A stretch of 61,049 nucleotides of DNA from positions 1-61,049 of the forward strand of contig JAILBP010000287.1 in the NCBI GenBank assembly GCA_024680835.1, read 5' to 3'. The stretch is from Lachnospiraceae bacterium. Lineage in GTDB: Bacteria > Bacillota > Clostridia > Lachnospirales > Lachnospiraceae. How positions within the stretch are numbered: position 1 is the stretch's first letter; each line of letters opens with the position of its first letter. Below, one piece after another: positions 43,808 through 52,675 of the stretch. Under the pieces are notes generated by a model that worked only from the letters and a program-made list of their open reading frames with translations, ran no database searches and was not told where the DNA came from. The translations under genes and the position numbers were made by a program.

Positions 43808-43831
43808 TGCTTTCCTCCACCAAACTCTATA

Positions 43832-44710
43832 TTAACATACACCACAGCCTCCGTGATGTGTTGAACCTTCCTCGTAAGCGAGCTTTGCTCTGCCTTCCTC
43901 TGTCTTATACTGTGCCATACGTTTCATGGCAAGATCGAAATCCACCAGATGTCCGTCAAACTCAGGTCCGTCAACACAGGCGAACTTAACTTTACCGTCC
44001 ACTATCAGTCTGCAGGCACCGCACATTCCCGTACCGTCCACCATCAGCGGATTCATGGAAACTATGGTATGAAGTCCCAGTTCCTTTGTGAGTTTGCAAA
44101 CAAATTTCATCATGATCATGGGACCGATGGCAACACAATGATCATATGTCTTTCCCTCGGCATATATAGCCTTCAGCTGGTCTGTGCCCATACCGTGGAA
44201 ACCGAAGGAACCGTCATCTGTGGTGACATATACGTTCTCTGCCACTGCCTTCATCTCATCAATGTAAAAGAGCAGATCCTTATTGCGCGACCCCATGATG
44301 ACATCACATTTAACGCCATGCTCATGAAGCCATTTAACCTGCGGATAAACAGGCGCTGTTCCAAGACCGCCTGCTATGAATACTATTTTTTTTGCCTTTG
44401 TCTCTTCGAGATTTGCCTCAATACAAAGATCAGACGGCTGTCCCAAAGGTCCGGCAAAATCCATCATGTACTCACCCACTTCAAGCTCGCACATACGCAT
44501 GGTAGATGCTCCTATAGTCTGGATCACGATGGTGACAGTACCTGCCTGTCTGTCATAATCGCAGATCGTAAGAGGTATCCTCTCTCCCGTCTCATCTGTC
44601 TTTGCCACAATAAACTGACCCGGAAGACAGTTCTGTGCCACGCGAGGCGCTTCAACATCAAATAATATGATATTGTCTGCCAGGCGCTCCTTTCTGGTGA
44701 TCTTGTACAT
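43832..44710 (-). CDS. nfnA: Ferredoxin-NADP+ reductase-like FAD/[2Fe-2S] small subunit (NfnA / SudB / PyrK type)
   Basis: 292 aa. It has an FNR-like fold (RIPLTICD, IAGGLGTAP) and a C-terminal Cys cluster (MCGACR...FACVDGPEF). Confidence 0.75.
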   Translation of the reverse strand: MYKITRKERLADNIILFDVEAPRVAQNCLPGQFIVAKTDETGERIPLTICDYDRQAGTVTIVIQTIGASTMRMCELEVGEYMMDFAGPLGQPSDLCIEANLEETKAKKIVFIAGGLGTAPVYPQVKWLHEHGVKCDVIMGSRNKDLLFYIDEMKAVAENVYVTTDDGSFGFHGMGTDQLKAIYAEGKTYDHCVAIGPMIMMKFVCKLTKELGLHTIVSMNPLMVDGTGMCGACRLIVDGKVKFACVDGPEFDGHLVDFDLAMKRMAQYKTEEGRAKLAYEEGSTHHGGCGVC

Positions 44711-44782
44711 ACTACTCCTCCTTGATAATAAAAATCAGCGCTGATAAAGCAAACAGGTCGCTCAGCTGTAACTCTTGGATCA

Positions 44783-45733
44783 TTAACTGAAATAAACCAG
44801 CTCATCTTCGGGCTTTTTGGCCGGTGTCACCGAGATAGCATGCAATACCGGACCTTTTCCCTTGTATTCAAACGAAAACTCATACCTGATCTCAGCGGTG
44901 ATATTGATCCAGCTGCGATGCTTTAAGGTATATGCCTGATCGTAAACGCATTTCATGCCTATAAACTGTATATCCTCAACACAGCATGTCATGGCAAAAC
45001 GCCCCGGCACAAAGATATTATTTTTGAATTTGCCATCCGGTCTGTAGACCAGAGCCAGAAAACTCACTTTTTTACCGATGTAATTTTTGGGGTTGTCCAT
45101 ACAATCCAAAAACCAGATACCGTAATCGGCATCCGTGATCTCCAGCTCATCCTGCGACATATCATAGGGGAGCTCTTGATCTTCACCGTCATCCATAGTT
45201 CCGTCTTTTCTCTCGTAAGCCAGCTGTGTCTTACGGTTTTTGGCTTTTACTATACGCCTGAATTTAGACTTCGGAGTGTCATCATCACATCTGTTAAAGA
45301 TGACTACATCTGACATGAAAAACTGTTCCAGCATCATGGATTTCATGTTGTTCAGATACATCTCGAAGGTGGTGGCATCCACTGTTGTCAGAGTCTGTAC
45401 CACAATCCAGCCCTCAGGTACTTCCAGATCCAGTATAAGGCCCATCTCCCACGTTCCGTTATACTCTATGAAAACCTGCTCGGGAAGGTATCTCAGGTTT
45501 AATTCCCTGATCTTTTCGTTATTAAGCTCTTCCTTGTCCTGAAGGTATACCACCTGCGTATTCACTTCCGCAAGCGCATCTTCATCGTATTCCTCGTCAC
45601 CATCCTCGCAGACGATCAAAAGCGTTTTTCTGCCTTCATCATTGAAATCTCCACCGAGAAGCGTCTGCTTTATGAGTGTCGTCTTTCCGGAATCCATAAA
45701 TCCGGTAAAAAGATATACCGGTATCTCTTCCAT
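44783..45733 (-). CDS. Fusion protein: G3E/CobW-like P-loop domain lacking the CxCC motif + C-terminal domain with a conserved CC motif (DUF1980/TIGR03943-like)
   Basis: The start is taken at ATG 45733, with AAAGGA 10 nt upstream. It has Walker A GFMDSGKTT followed by LLIVCEDGDEEYDE where CobW proteins carry CxCC. The C-terminal ~120 aa contain PGRFAMTCCVEDIQFIG, which resembles the CC..D motif of the YcgQ/TIGR03943 family as I recall it. Confidence 0.7.
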   Translation of the reverse strand: MEEIPVYLFTGFMDSGKTTLIKQTLLGGDFNDEGRKTLLIVCEDGDEEYDEDALAEVNTQVVYLQDKEELNNEKIRELNLRYLPEQVFIEYNGTWEMGLILDLEVPEGWIVVQTLTTVDATTFEMYLNNMKSMMLEQFFMSDVVIFNRCDDDTPKSKFRRIVKAKNRKTQLAYERKDGTMDDGEDQELPYDMSQDELEITDADYGIWFLDCMDNPKNYIGKKVSFLALVYRPDGKFKNNIFVPGRFAMTCCVEDIQFIGMKCVYDQAYTLKHRSWINITAEIRYEFSFEYKGKGPVLHAISVTPAKKPEDELVYFS

Positions 45734-45876
45734 AACTGTCAAATCCTTTCTGATAGGCAGGGGCTGAAACCCGTTTGCCGTTAAATAACTGTCTTAAGCT
45801 TATATGAAAAGCTGTGAACCGCTCACTTTCCGGCCTGGGAACCACATGATCCGAGGGTCAAAAGGTGATTCACGGA

Positions 45877-47052
45877 TTATTTCAAAAGAAACAGTGCCAG
45901 AAGATCATCCTCTTTGATATCACAGCCTATAACACAAAGACGCCCGGTGTAATCCGGCTCTCCGGATCTGATCTCGTAATCGCCGTCCACAAGGTCAAAG
46001 TAGATCCATGTTCCGTCGGTATTCTCCACCATACCTTTAGCTCTCAATATAGTACCGAATTTCTCACCCTCAGAGAGTTCCTTTAAGATGCTCTCGATCT
46101 CTTCCTTTGTATATTTGTGGGCTGTCTCCTTACCCCAGCTGGTGAACACATCATCCGCATGATGGTGATGATGATGCTCGTGTTCATGATCATGATGATG
46201 TTCATGCTCCTCATGGTCGTGATGATGTTCGTGCTCCTCATGGTCATGATGATGCTCGTGCTCCTCATGATCGTGATGGTGCTCATGTTCCTCGTGGTCA
46301 TGATCGTGATGATGTTCATGGTCATGATCCTCGTGGTCATGATCGTGATGATGCTCATGATCATGATCCTCATGGTCATGATGATGATGTTCAGCCTCAT
46401 GGGCAGCAACCGCTGCCTTTGCTGCTTCCTCTGCCATGAGCTTCATCTCGAGAGAATCCTCTCTCTCTATTACTTTGAGAATGGCTTCTCCGCTGATCTT
46501 CGACCAGTCGGTGGTGATAAGTGAAGCCTTGGGGTTCAATCCCTGAAGTGCGGCCACACATGCGTCCAATACAGCAGGCTCCATCTCCTGTGTACGGCTC
46601 AGCACAACAGTTGTAGCATATTCAATCTGATTGTTAAAGAATTCTCCGAAGGCTCTCATCTGTTTTAATGCCTTCTTGCCATTCACTACAGTAACAAGTC
46701 CGTTGAGCTTGATATTGTGTGTCTCCTCAACATCCAGAACAGACTTCATAACATCCGAAAGTTTTCCCACACCCGAGGGCTCGATCAATATTCTGTCGGG
46801 AGTGTATTTTTCTATGACTTCCTTCAGGTTTTTGCCGAAATCACCTACCAGTGTACAGCAGATGCATCCGGAGTTCATCTCCGTGATCTGTATGCCGGCG
46901 TCCTTTAAGAATCCGCCGTCTATACCAACCTCTCCAAATTCATTTTCGATGAGAACTACTTTCTCGCCCTTGTAAGCCTCCTCGATAAGCTTTCTGATGA
47001 GTGTAGTCTTTCCCGCACCCAAAAATCCGGATATGATATCTACTTTTGTCAT
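45877..47052 (-). CDS. CobW/G3E-family metallochaperone GTPase with an inserted His/Asp/Glu tract
   Basis: 391 aa. It has Walker A GFLGAGKTT, the metal-binding GCICC motif, a switch/ExxG region (LIEPSGVG), a CobW_C-like C-terminus, and an 81-residue H/D/E linker. Confidence 0.88.
   Translation of the reverse strand: MTKVDIISGFLGAGKTTLIRKLIEEAYKGEKVVLIENEFGEVGIDGGFLKDAGIQITEMNSGCICCTLVGDFGKNLKEVIEKYTPDRILIEPSGVGKLSDVMKSVLDVEETHNIKLNGLVTVVNGKKALKQMRAFGEFFNNQIEYATTVVLSRTQEMEPAVLDACVAALQGLNPKASLITTDWSKISGEAILKVIEREDSLEMKLMAEEAAKAAVAAHEAEHHHHDHEDHDHEHHHDHDHEDHDHEHHHDHDHEEHEHHHDHEEHEHHHDHEEHEHHHDHEEHEHHHDHEHEHHHHHHADDVFTSWGKETAHKYTKEEIESILKELSEGEKFGTILRAKGMVENTDGTWIYFDLVDGDYEIRSGEPDYTGRLCVIGCDIKEDDLLALFLLK
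46159..46401 (-). repeat. In-frame tandem repeats encoding the His-rich tract (4 x HEEHEHHHD, 27-nt period; 2 x HEDHDHEHHHDHD, 39-nt period)
   Basis: Residues 218-298 of the CobW-like protein read HEAEHHHHDHEDHDHEHHHDHDHEDHDHEHHHDHDHEEHEHHHDHEEHEHHHDHEEHEHHHDHEEHEHHHDHEHEHHHHHH. Confidence 0.9.
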
Positions 47053-47077
47053 TTTATGTCTGCCTTCTTTCTATGTG

Positions 47078-48847
47078 TTACATCCTCTCCGGGGCTTCAA
47101 ATCCCAGAACATCTATACATTTTTCCAATACACCCAGTGTCAGATTAATGAGGGAAATATAGGATTTCTTTCTGTCCTCATCCTCTTCGCTGAGGATCTT
47201 AGTCTCATGATAAAACTTGTTAAACGCATTTGCAAGCTCATAAACATAGGCACATACCTTGTGGGGTGCCAGCTCATCAAAGGCATTCTCGATCACTCCG
47301 TTGAATCCCGCCAGTGACAGCATCAATCCTTTTTCACTGGCCGAACCGGGGAACTGAATTATGACATCCGCCTTGTCTCCGCCTGCCTCAGCATATTTTG
47401 CCAGGATCGACTTTATCCTCACCATGGTATAGAGGATGTAGGGTCCCGTATTACCTTCAAATGATGTGAACTTCTCAGGATCAAATATATAATCCTTGGA
47501 TGCCTGATTGGAAAGATCTCCGTATTTCACTGCAGCAACAGATATCTTTGCAGCGATATCGCGGGCCTCATCCTCAGGGATGCTCTCATTCTGCGAAACC
47601 TTGGAATACATCTTGTCCTCAATGTCATCCAGCAGGTTTTCAAGTCTCATGATGCCGCCGTCCCTTGTCTTGAAGGGTTTTCCGTCCGGACCGTTCATGG
47701 TGCCGAAGCCCAGAAAATGAAGTGCCGTGTCATCCGGTACTATGCCTGTCTTCCTGGCACATCTGAACACCTGTGTAAAGTGCATCTCCTGACGTTTATC
47801 CACGACATATATAATGTCATCCGGATGATATGAATTTTCTCTCTGAACCAGTGTCGCAAGATCCGTTGTCTGGTACAGCGCGGCACCGTCACTCTTTAAT
47901 ATGATACAGGGCGGGATCTCCTTTGTGTCATCATCTCTCTTGACATCCACCACCAGTGCGCCTTCGCTCTCATGGGCGAAGCCCTGATCCTTCATGCGTC
48001 TTACCATCTCGGGGATGTAGGGATCCGCATCGGATTCACCCTTCCAAACCTCAAATGACACGTTCAGTCTCTTGTAGTTTTTCTTGAGATCGTTTACCGA
48101 AACATCTATAATATGCTGCCAGAGAGCCATGTACCCGGGACGACCCTGCTGCAGATCCTTTACAGCCTGCATGGCCTTGGCCTTGTATTTCTCGTCTTCC
48201 TTGGATTTTGCAGAGGCCGTCGGATAGATCTCCTCAAGCTCGGAAATAGTAAACGGCGGCTCTTTCGGATAATCATCCGTAATAGCCTGATTGAAATACG
48301 GAAGATCCGGTCTTCTGATCGAAAGTTCGTGGATAATCAGTCCCATCTGAAGACCCCAGTCACCGAGATGGACATCTCCTATGAGGGTATTACCCATGAA
48401 GATACCCATTCGCTTTATGGATTCGCCTATGACTGCCGAACGAAGATGTCCCACATGCAGCGGCTTCGCCACATTGGGTCCGCCGTAATCTATGAGGATC
48501 GTACGCGTTTTAGTGCTCCTGTCGCAGCCAAAGCGGTATTCATCCCTGGTCATCTCACGAATATAATCCGAAATAAACCTGTCGCTCAAGTCCATGTTTA
48601 AGAATCCCGGAGCTACAGCCGTGACATTCTTGAAGATTTCATTTCCGCTGAGCTTTTCCGCGATCTCTCCCGCTATCTCTATAGGCGGTCTCTTTAAGCT
48701 CTTGGCCAGAGCCATGGCACCGTTGCACTGGAATTCGCAAAGATCCGGTCTGTTGGAGAAACTGACCCTTGCAAACTTATTATCATATCCCAGTTCATCA
48801 AATATCTTTATCAACTCTTCCGTAAGGTTGTCCAATAACTTTTTCAT
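47078..48847 (-). CDS. argS: Arginine--tRNA ligase
   Basis: 589 aa. It has the Arg-tRNA synthetase N-terminal domain, the HIGH-type motif PNVAKPLHVGHLRS, and the C-terminal DALR anticodon-binding domain ending ...GFEAPERM. Confidence 0.93.
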   Translation of the reverse strand: MKKLLDNLTEELIKIFDELGYDNKFARVSFSNRPDLCEFQCNGAMALAKSLKRPPIEIAGEIAEKLSGNEIFKNVTAVAPGFLNMDLSDRFISDYIREMTRDEYRFGCDRSTKTRTILIDYGGPNVAKPLHVGHLRSAVIGESIKRMGIFMGNTLIGDVHLGDWGLQMGLIIHELSIRRPDLPYFNQAITDDYPKEPPFTISELEEIYPTASAKSKEDEKYKAKAMQAVKDLQQGRPGYMALWQHIIDVSVNDLKKNYKRLNVSFEVWKGESDADPYIPEMVRRMKDQGFAHESEGALVVDVKRDDDTKEIPPCIILKSDGAALYQTTDLATLVQRENSYHPDDIIYVVDKRQEMHFTQVFRCARKTGIVPDDTALHFLGFGTMNGPDGKPFKTRDGGIMRLENLLDDIEDKMYSKVSQNESIPEDEARDIAAKISVAAVKYGDLSNQASKDYIFDPEKFTSFEGNTGPYILYTMVRIKSILAKYAEAGGDKADVIIQFPGSASEKGLMLSLAGFNGVIENAFDELAPHKVCAYVYELANAFNKFYHETKILSEEDEDRKKSYISLINLTLGVLEKCIDVLGFEAPERM

Positions 48848-48869
48848 ATGTTGATCCTTTTATTTAGTA

Positions 48870-49286
48870 TTAATTTATCCCGTCTTCAGCCGACTGTATG
48901 GTTTCCATCAAAGCATTTTCTCTCTCTGACATGATGTTTCCGACCATCTCCCGCTCAGAATCATTCATTTCCTGATTCTTGCCGTATCCACCGGAATATG
49001 CACCTGTTGTCGCATTATAACCGGCCTTGGCCGCAGCTATCTCAGCCTGTTTGGCCGCTTCATCCTCGGCCGCCTCAGCTTTAAGTCTTGCAATGATCTC
49101 TTCTGCAGCGCGGAGCCTTTCCTTTTCCTCGTCACTCATCTCAGGCTCCTTATTAACAGAAGCTGTTTCAGGTGACAATTCCGGTTCATCATCTACAGAC
49201 TTGTATCTTACATTCCATCGTTTCACGACCGTTTTTGCAAGTTTCTTCTTGCGGTCGCGCTCATCAATCCGATCTAACATATACAC
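48870..49286 (-). CDS. Hypothetical small acidic protein with an Ala/Glu-rich helix
   Basis: 138 aa with no recognisable domain. It is co-directional with argS (22 nt upstream of it) and lies downstream of ftsZ. That it is coding is inferred only from ORF length and context. Confidence 0.5.
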   Translation of the reverse strand: MYMLDRIDERDRKKKLAKTVVKRWNVRYKSVDDEPELSPETASVNKEPEMSDEEKERLRAAEEIIARLKAEAAEDEAAKQAEIAAAKAGYNATTGAYSGGYGKNQEMNDSEREMVGNIMSERENALMETIQSAEDGIN

Positions 49287-49331
49287 TCCTGCAGTTGCTG
49301 TCTGCGGTTACTATTTAAACACGGAAGTATC

Positions 49332-49361
49332 AAAAATGTAGTGCCAGGAATATCCCGGCAC
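49332..49361 (-). terminator. Possible terminator after ftsZ
   Basis: The minus strand reads GTGCCGGG-atatt-CCTGGCAC (one mismatch) followed by TACATTTTT. Confidence 0.4.
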
Positions 49362-49383
49362 CACATATCATTTGTAATCAAGA

Positions 49384-50676
49384 TTAATTTTTACGGAAAC
49401 CACTCAGGAAGCTTGGTGTCTGTATATCTTTTTCCTTAACCCTGGGTGAGAGCGCTTCTGGTTTTCTGAGTCCTGGCGTAGGCGCCTGTGACAGACCGGA
49501 TGTTCCGAATGAAGCATTCGCATCAAACTGTCTGCGCGGCTGCGCCGGCTGTGTCAGAGGAGCCTGGGGCTGAACCTGTGGCTGAACCACTGTGTTGCCT
49601 GCTGTTCTCGCGCCCGCAAACCCTGTCTGCTGCGGCTGCGGTGTGTTGTAATTGAGGCTGTCAAAGAAATTTCTCTGAAGATTTGCCTTGGGATCCTCGG
49701 CAGGCTTGATCACCTTTCCGGTATTCTCAAGACCTGTGGCGATAACCGTGATCTTCACAGTATCAGCCATGTTCTTATCCTCTCTCGCACCCATTATGAT
49801 ATTGGTATCATCTCCGGTAAGATCCTGTACGTATGAAGCGGCATCAGATGCATCAAACAATGTGATGTCACCGGTAATATTGATGATGACATCGGAAGCA
49901 CCTACAATGCTGGTCTCCAAAAGCGGGCTCTCCACAGCAAGTCTCACTGCCTCTATAGCCTTGTCATCTCCGGTAGCGGAGCCTATACCCACATGTGCAA
50001 GTCCCTTATCTCTCATAACTGTCTGAACATCGGCAAAGTCAAGATTTATAAGAGCAGGAAGATTAATAAGATCCGTGATACCCTGAACTGCCTGCTGAAG
50101 CACCTCATCTGCGATCTTCAATGCATCGTCAAAGCCTGTACGGCGGTCAACCATTGAAAACAGCTTTTCATTGGGGATAACGATCAGAGTGTCCACAACT
50201 TCCTGAAGTTTTTCTATACCGGTCTGCGCGTTTCTGGAACGCACACCACCCTCAAATTTGAAAGGCTTTGTGACAACACCCACGGTAAGGATTCCCATCT
50301 CCTTGGAAACCCTTGCCACAACCGGAGCTGCACCTGTTCCGGTACCGCCTCCCATACCGCATGTTACAAATACCATGTTGGCCCCTCTGATAGCATCCGT
50401 AATAGCGTCGATGCTCTCTTCTGCGGCCTTCTCACCTTTTTCCGGATTGCCGCCTGCACCGAGACCTCCGGTGAGCTTCTCTCCTATGGGAATGAGGGTC
50501 GGAGCTTTACAAAGTTCCAATGCCTGTTGATCTGAGTTTATGCCTATAAACTCCACTCCTAAAATATTCTCCGTGATCATGCGGTTAACAGCGTTATTTC
50601 CGCCGCCTCCGACTCCTACGACCACTATCCTCGCATTGCTGGCTGTCTCAAGGTTTGTAATCTCAAGCATCGGCAT
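49384..50676 (-). CDS. ftsZ: Cell division GTPase FtsZ
   Basis: 430 aa. It has the tubulin signature [11 protein letters not shown] and a Q/P-rich C-terminal linker, and it ends with the conserved C-terminal peptide (DIQTPSFL). Confidence 0.97.
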   Translation of the reverse strand: MPMLEITNLETASNARIVVVGVGGGGNNAVNRMITENILGVEFIGINSDQQALELCKAPTLIPIGEKLTGGLGAGGNPEKGEKAAEESIDAITDAIRGANMVFVTCGMGGGTGTGAAPVVARVSKEMGILTVGVVTKPFKFEGGVRSRNAQTGIEKLQEVVDTLIVIPNEKLFSMVDRRTGFDDALKIADEVLQQAVQGITDLINLPALINLDFADVQTVMRDKGLAHVGIGSATGDDKAIEAVRLAVESPLLETSIVGASDVIINITGDITLFDASDAASYVQDLTGDDTNIIMGAREDKNMADTVKITVIATGLENTGKVIKPAEDPKANLQRNFFDSLNYNTPQPQQTGFAGARTAGNTVVQPQVQPQAPLTQPAQPRRQFDANASFGTSGLSQAPTPGLRKPEALSPRVKEKDIQTPSFLSGFRKN

Positions 50677-50737
50677 AATAAATCTCTCCTCTCACATATT
50701 TTATACTTCTGAATAGATAAAACCCTCAATCTGTTTT

Positions 50738-50766
50738 ATTTTACTGTTTATTAGCACAAATCGCAA
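50738..50766 (-). promoter_or_regulatory. Putative sigma-A-type promoter upstream of ftsZ
   Basis: The minus strand reads TTGCGA-17 nt-TAAAAT, about 60 nt upstream of the ftsZ ATG. Confidence 0.4.
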
Positions 50767-50787
50767 CAGGTTTTTAAAAATTTTTTA

Positions 50788-51522
50788 CTAATCCGGATCA
50801 AAAATAATATCTGTTGTCTCAGTAGTCCAGTTTTCCACGTGCAGAACACCCTTTTTCCCTTTGAGTTCATCACTGTCCAGTATATAACTGAGGCGCATTA
50901 TCTTTTCCGTAAGATAATCGGCCGATCCTATGTTTATGGTAATCTTTCCGCTCAACGCGGACATTTTGCCCGCAGAATCAAATTCAACCTGAGTAGCATG
51001 GATACCGTATTTTTTCAGGAGGCTGGTCAAAAGCAGAAGATCGTTGAGCTCATCCGCATTTTCCATCTCCAGCATCTCGTACAACACCACGGAAGAGACA
51101 TTTAATCCGCCGACCTTCGGTACATCGTCTATAGATGACGAAGTTATCTCCACCACAAAGCCGTCCTTGTCAAAGTAAGCATTCTGTCCTACAGCGTCTA
51201 TATAGATATATCCCAATATTCCTTTCTCATGAACCGTGATATCAAGACCGTGCGGTCCGTTCATTTCCACTTCCACCGAATCGATGAACGGCGTTTTGCT
51301 GCCAAATCCGAATTTGTACCTGAAATATACATACAAAGTGCTGAACGAATAATCATCATTCAATACGCTGTTTTTTATCTGTTCCTCAGAATACAGTTCA
51401 TTTCCCGTAACATTTACATCCCTGACGGTAAAAACTTTCATCAGCAGTATATAAACCGTCGCCGCTAATATCACGATCCCCAGAAGGAACCAAAGTCCTT
51501 TGTGTGATCTTCTGCTATTCAT
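50788..51522 (-). CDS. ftsQ: Cell division protein FtsQ/DivIB
   Basis: 244 aa. It has an N-terminal TM helix and a POTRA domain (FTVRDVNVTGNELYSEEQI). It lies in the dcw cluster and overlaps ftsW by 8 nt. Confidence 0.85.
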   Translation of the reverse strand: MNSRRSHKGLWFLLGIVILAATVYILLMKVFTVRDVNVTGNELYSEEQIKNSVLNDDYSFSTLYVYFRYKFGFGSKTPFIDSVEVEMNGPHGLDITVHEKGILGYIYIDAVGQNAYFDKDGFVVEITSSSIDDVPKVGGLNVSSVVLYEMLEMENADELNDLLLLTSLLKKYGIHATQVEFDSAGKMSALSGKITINIGSADYLTEKIMRLSYILDSDELKGKKGVLHVENWTTETTDIIFDPD

Positions 51523-52675
51523 CCGGTTCCTCCGGTTCTTCTATGTTAACATTAATGGTCCGCGATACCGCCAGCACCATCCCCACCTCTCCCAGCATGA
51601 TCACGGCGCTGGTTCCGCCGTAACTGAAGAATGGCAAAGTGACACCGGTGTTGGGTATTGTGTTGGTCACCACCGCTATATGCAGCAAAGCCTGGATAGC
51701 GATATGTGCCATCACGCCGGTTGCAAGGTACATTCCGAAAAGTTCCTTTGCGTTTACCGCTATTATGATGAACTTCCATATCATCAGAATATACAGTACT
51801 GCAAGACACGCTGCGCCGAAAACGCCAAGTTCCTCACAGATTGCGGAAAAGATCATATCGTTCTGAACTTCGGGCAGGGCTCCGAGTTTGGTCATGGAAT
51901 TGCCAAGTCCTTTTCCGAAGAGTCCACCGCTGCCTATGGCGTACAATCCCTGAACTGTCTGATATGCATCATCTGCGCTCTCGGGATGAAGCCAGGTCTC
52001 TATCCTGTCTTTTCTGTATGTTGCGCCGTACAGCAGATATGCCGCTAGGGCAGCCGCCGCTAGTCCTCCCGTCACCAGGAAAGGAAGCGTTTTCCTGTTT
52101 GCCACAAAGACAATGGCTGCCGCTATCGCCAATACTATGATAGCCGTGCTGGCGTTTGTTACGGCAATGGCCACAAACGGTATCGCCACTATCTCCACCA
52201 TGATGATGATGACATTTTTGTATTCCTGCATAACCGTAGGCCGTCTGCTGATCATATATGCCAACATCAGTATGATGCCTACCTTCATGATCTCCGAGGG
52301 CTGGAACTCTATACCCAGATTCAGCCATCTTCTGGAGTTGTTGTAAGAGACTCCCAGGGGAGTGAATATCAGAAGACAGAACAGCAAACTTACCCAATAT
52401 ACCGGAACCGCAAAAAACTTATAAACCTTCATGGGCATCAGAGATGCTATTATCATGACTGCGATACCGGCTATATCATACCTCAGCTGTTTTTTCAGGA
52501 AATAAGCCGCATTTCCGTAATTGATGGACGCATCGTAGGAACTGACCGAATACAGCATGACAAGACCGAAACACACCATAAAAACAGTCAGAAAGAAAAG
52601 GGTGTAATCATAAAAGATCACCTTTTTCTTCCTGCGTTTTTTTCTGTTGCCGTCTTTTCTGCCAAATCCAAACAT
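51515..52675 (-). CDS. ftsW: SEDS-family peptidoglycan glycosyltransferase FtsW
   Basis: 386 aa and polytopic, with SEDS motifs (QPSE..K, LPE..NDMIF, GGTS). It lies between murD and ftsQ. Confidence 0.88.
   Translation of the reverse strand: MFGFGRKDGNRKKRRKKKVIFYDYTLFFLTVFMVCFGLVMLYSVSSYDASINYGNAAYFLKKQLRYDIAGIAVMIIASLMPMKVYKFFAVPVYWVSLLFCLLIFTPLGVSYNNSRRWLNLGIEFQPSEIMKVGIILMLAYMISRRPTVMQEYKNVIIIMVEIVAIPFVAIAVTNASTAIIVLAIAAAIVFVANRKTLPFLVTGGLAAAALAAYLLYGATYRKDRIETWLHPESADDAYQTVQGLYAIGSGGLFGKGLGNSMTKLGALPEVQNDMIFSAICEELGVFGAACLAVLYILMIWKFIIIAVNAKELFGMYLATGVMAHIAIQALLHIAVVTNTIPNTGVTLPFFSYGGTSAVIMLGEVGMVLAVSRTINVNIEEPEEPDE

Noticed and set aside
45743-45876. Possible riboswitch or leader RNA in the 134-nt spacer upstream of the GTPase-fusion gene
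   Set aside because: I could not match it to any riboswitch consensus I know, and I see no convincing terminator/antiterminator pair. Only the bipartite motif shared with the 38.9-kb spacer is reported.
46083-46524. ORFs 46083..46409(-) and 46117..46524(+) rich in M/I/T or M/V/L
   Set aside because: They are alternative-frame and antisense readings of the CAT/GAT/GAA tandem repeat that encodes the His-rich tract of the CobW-like protein.
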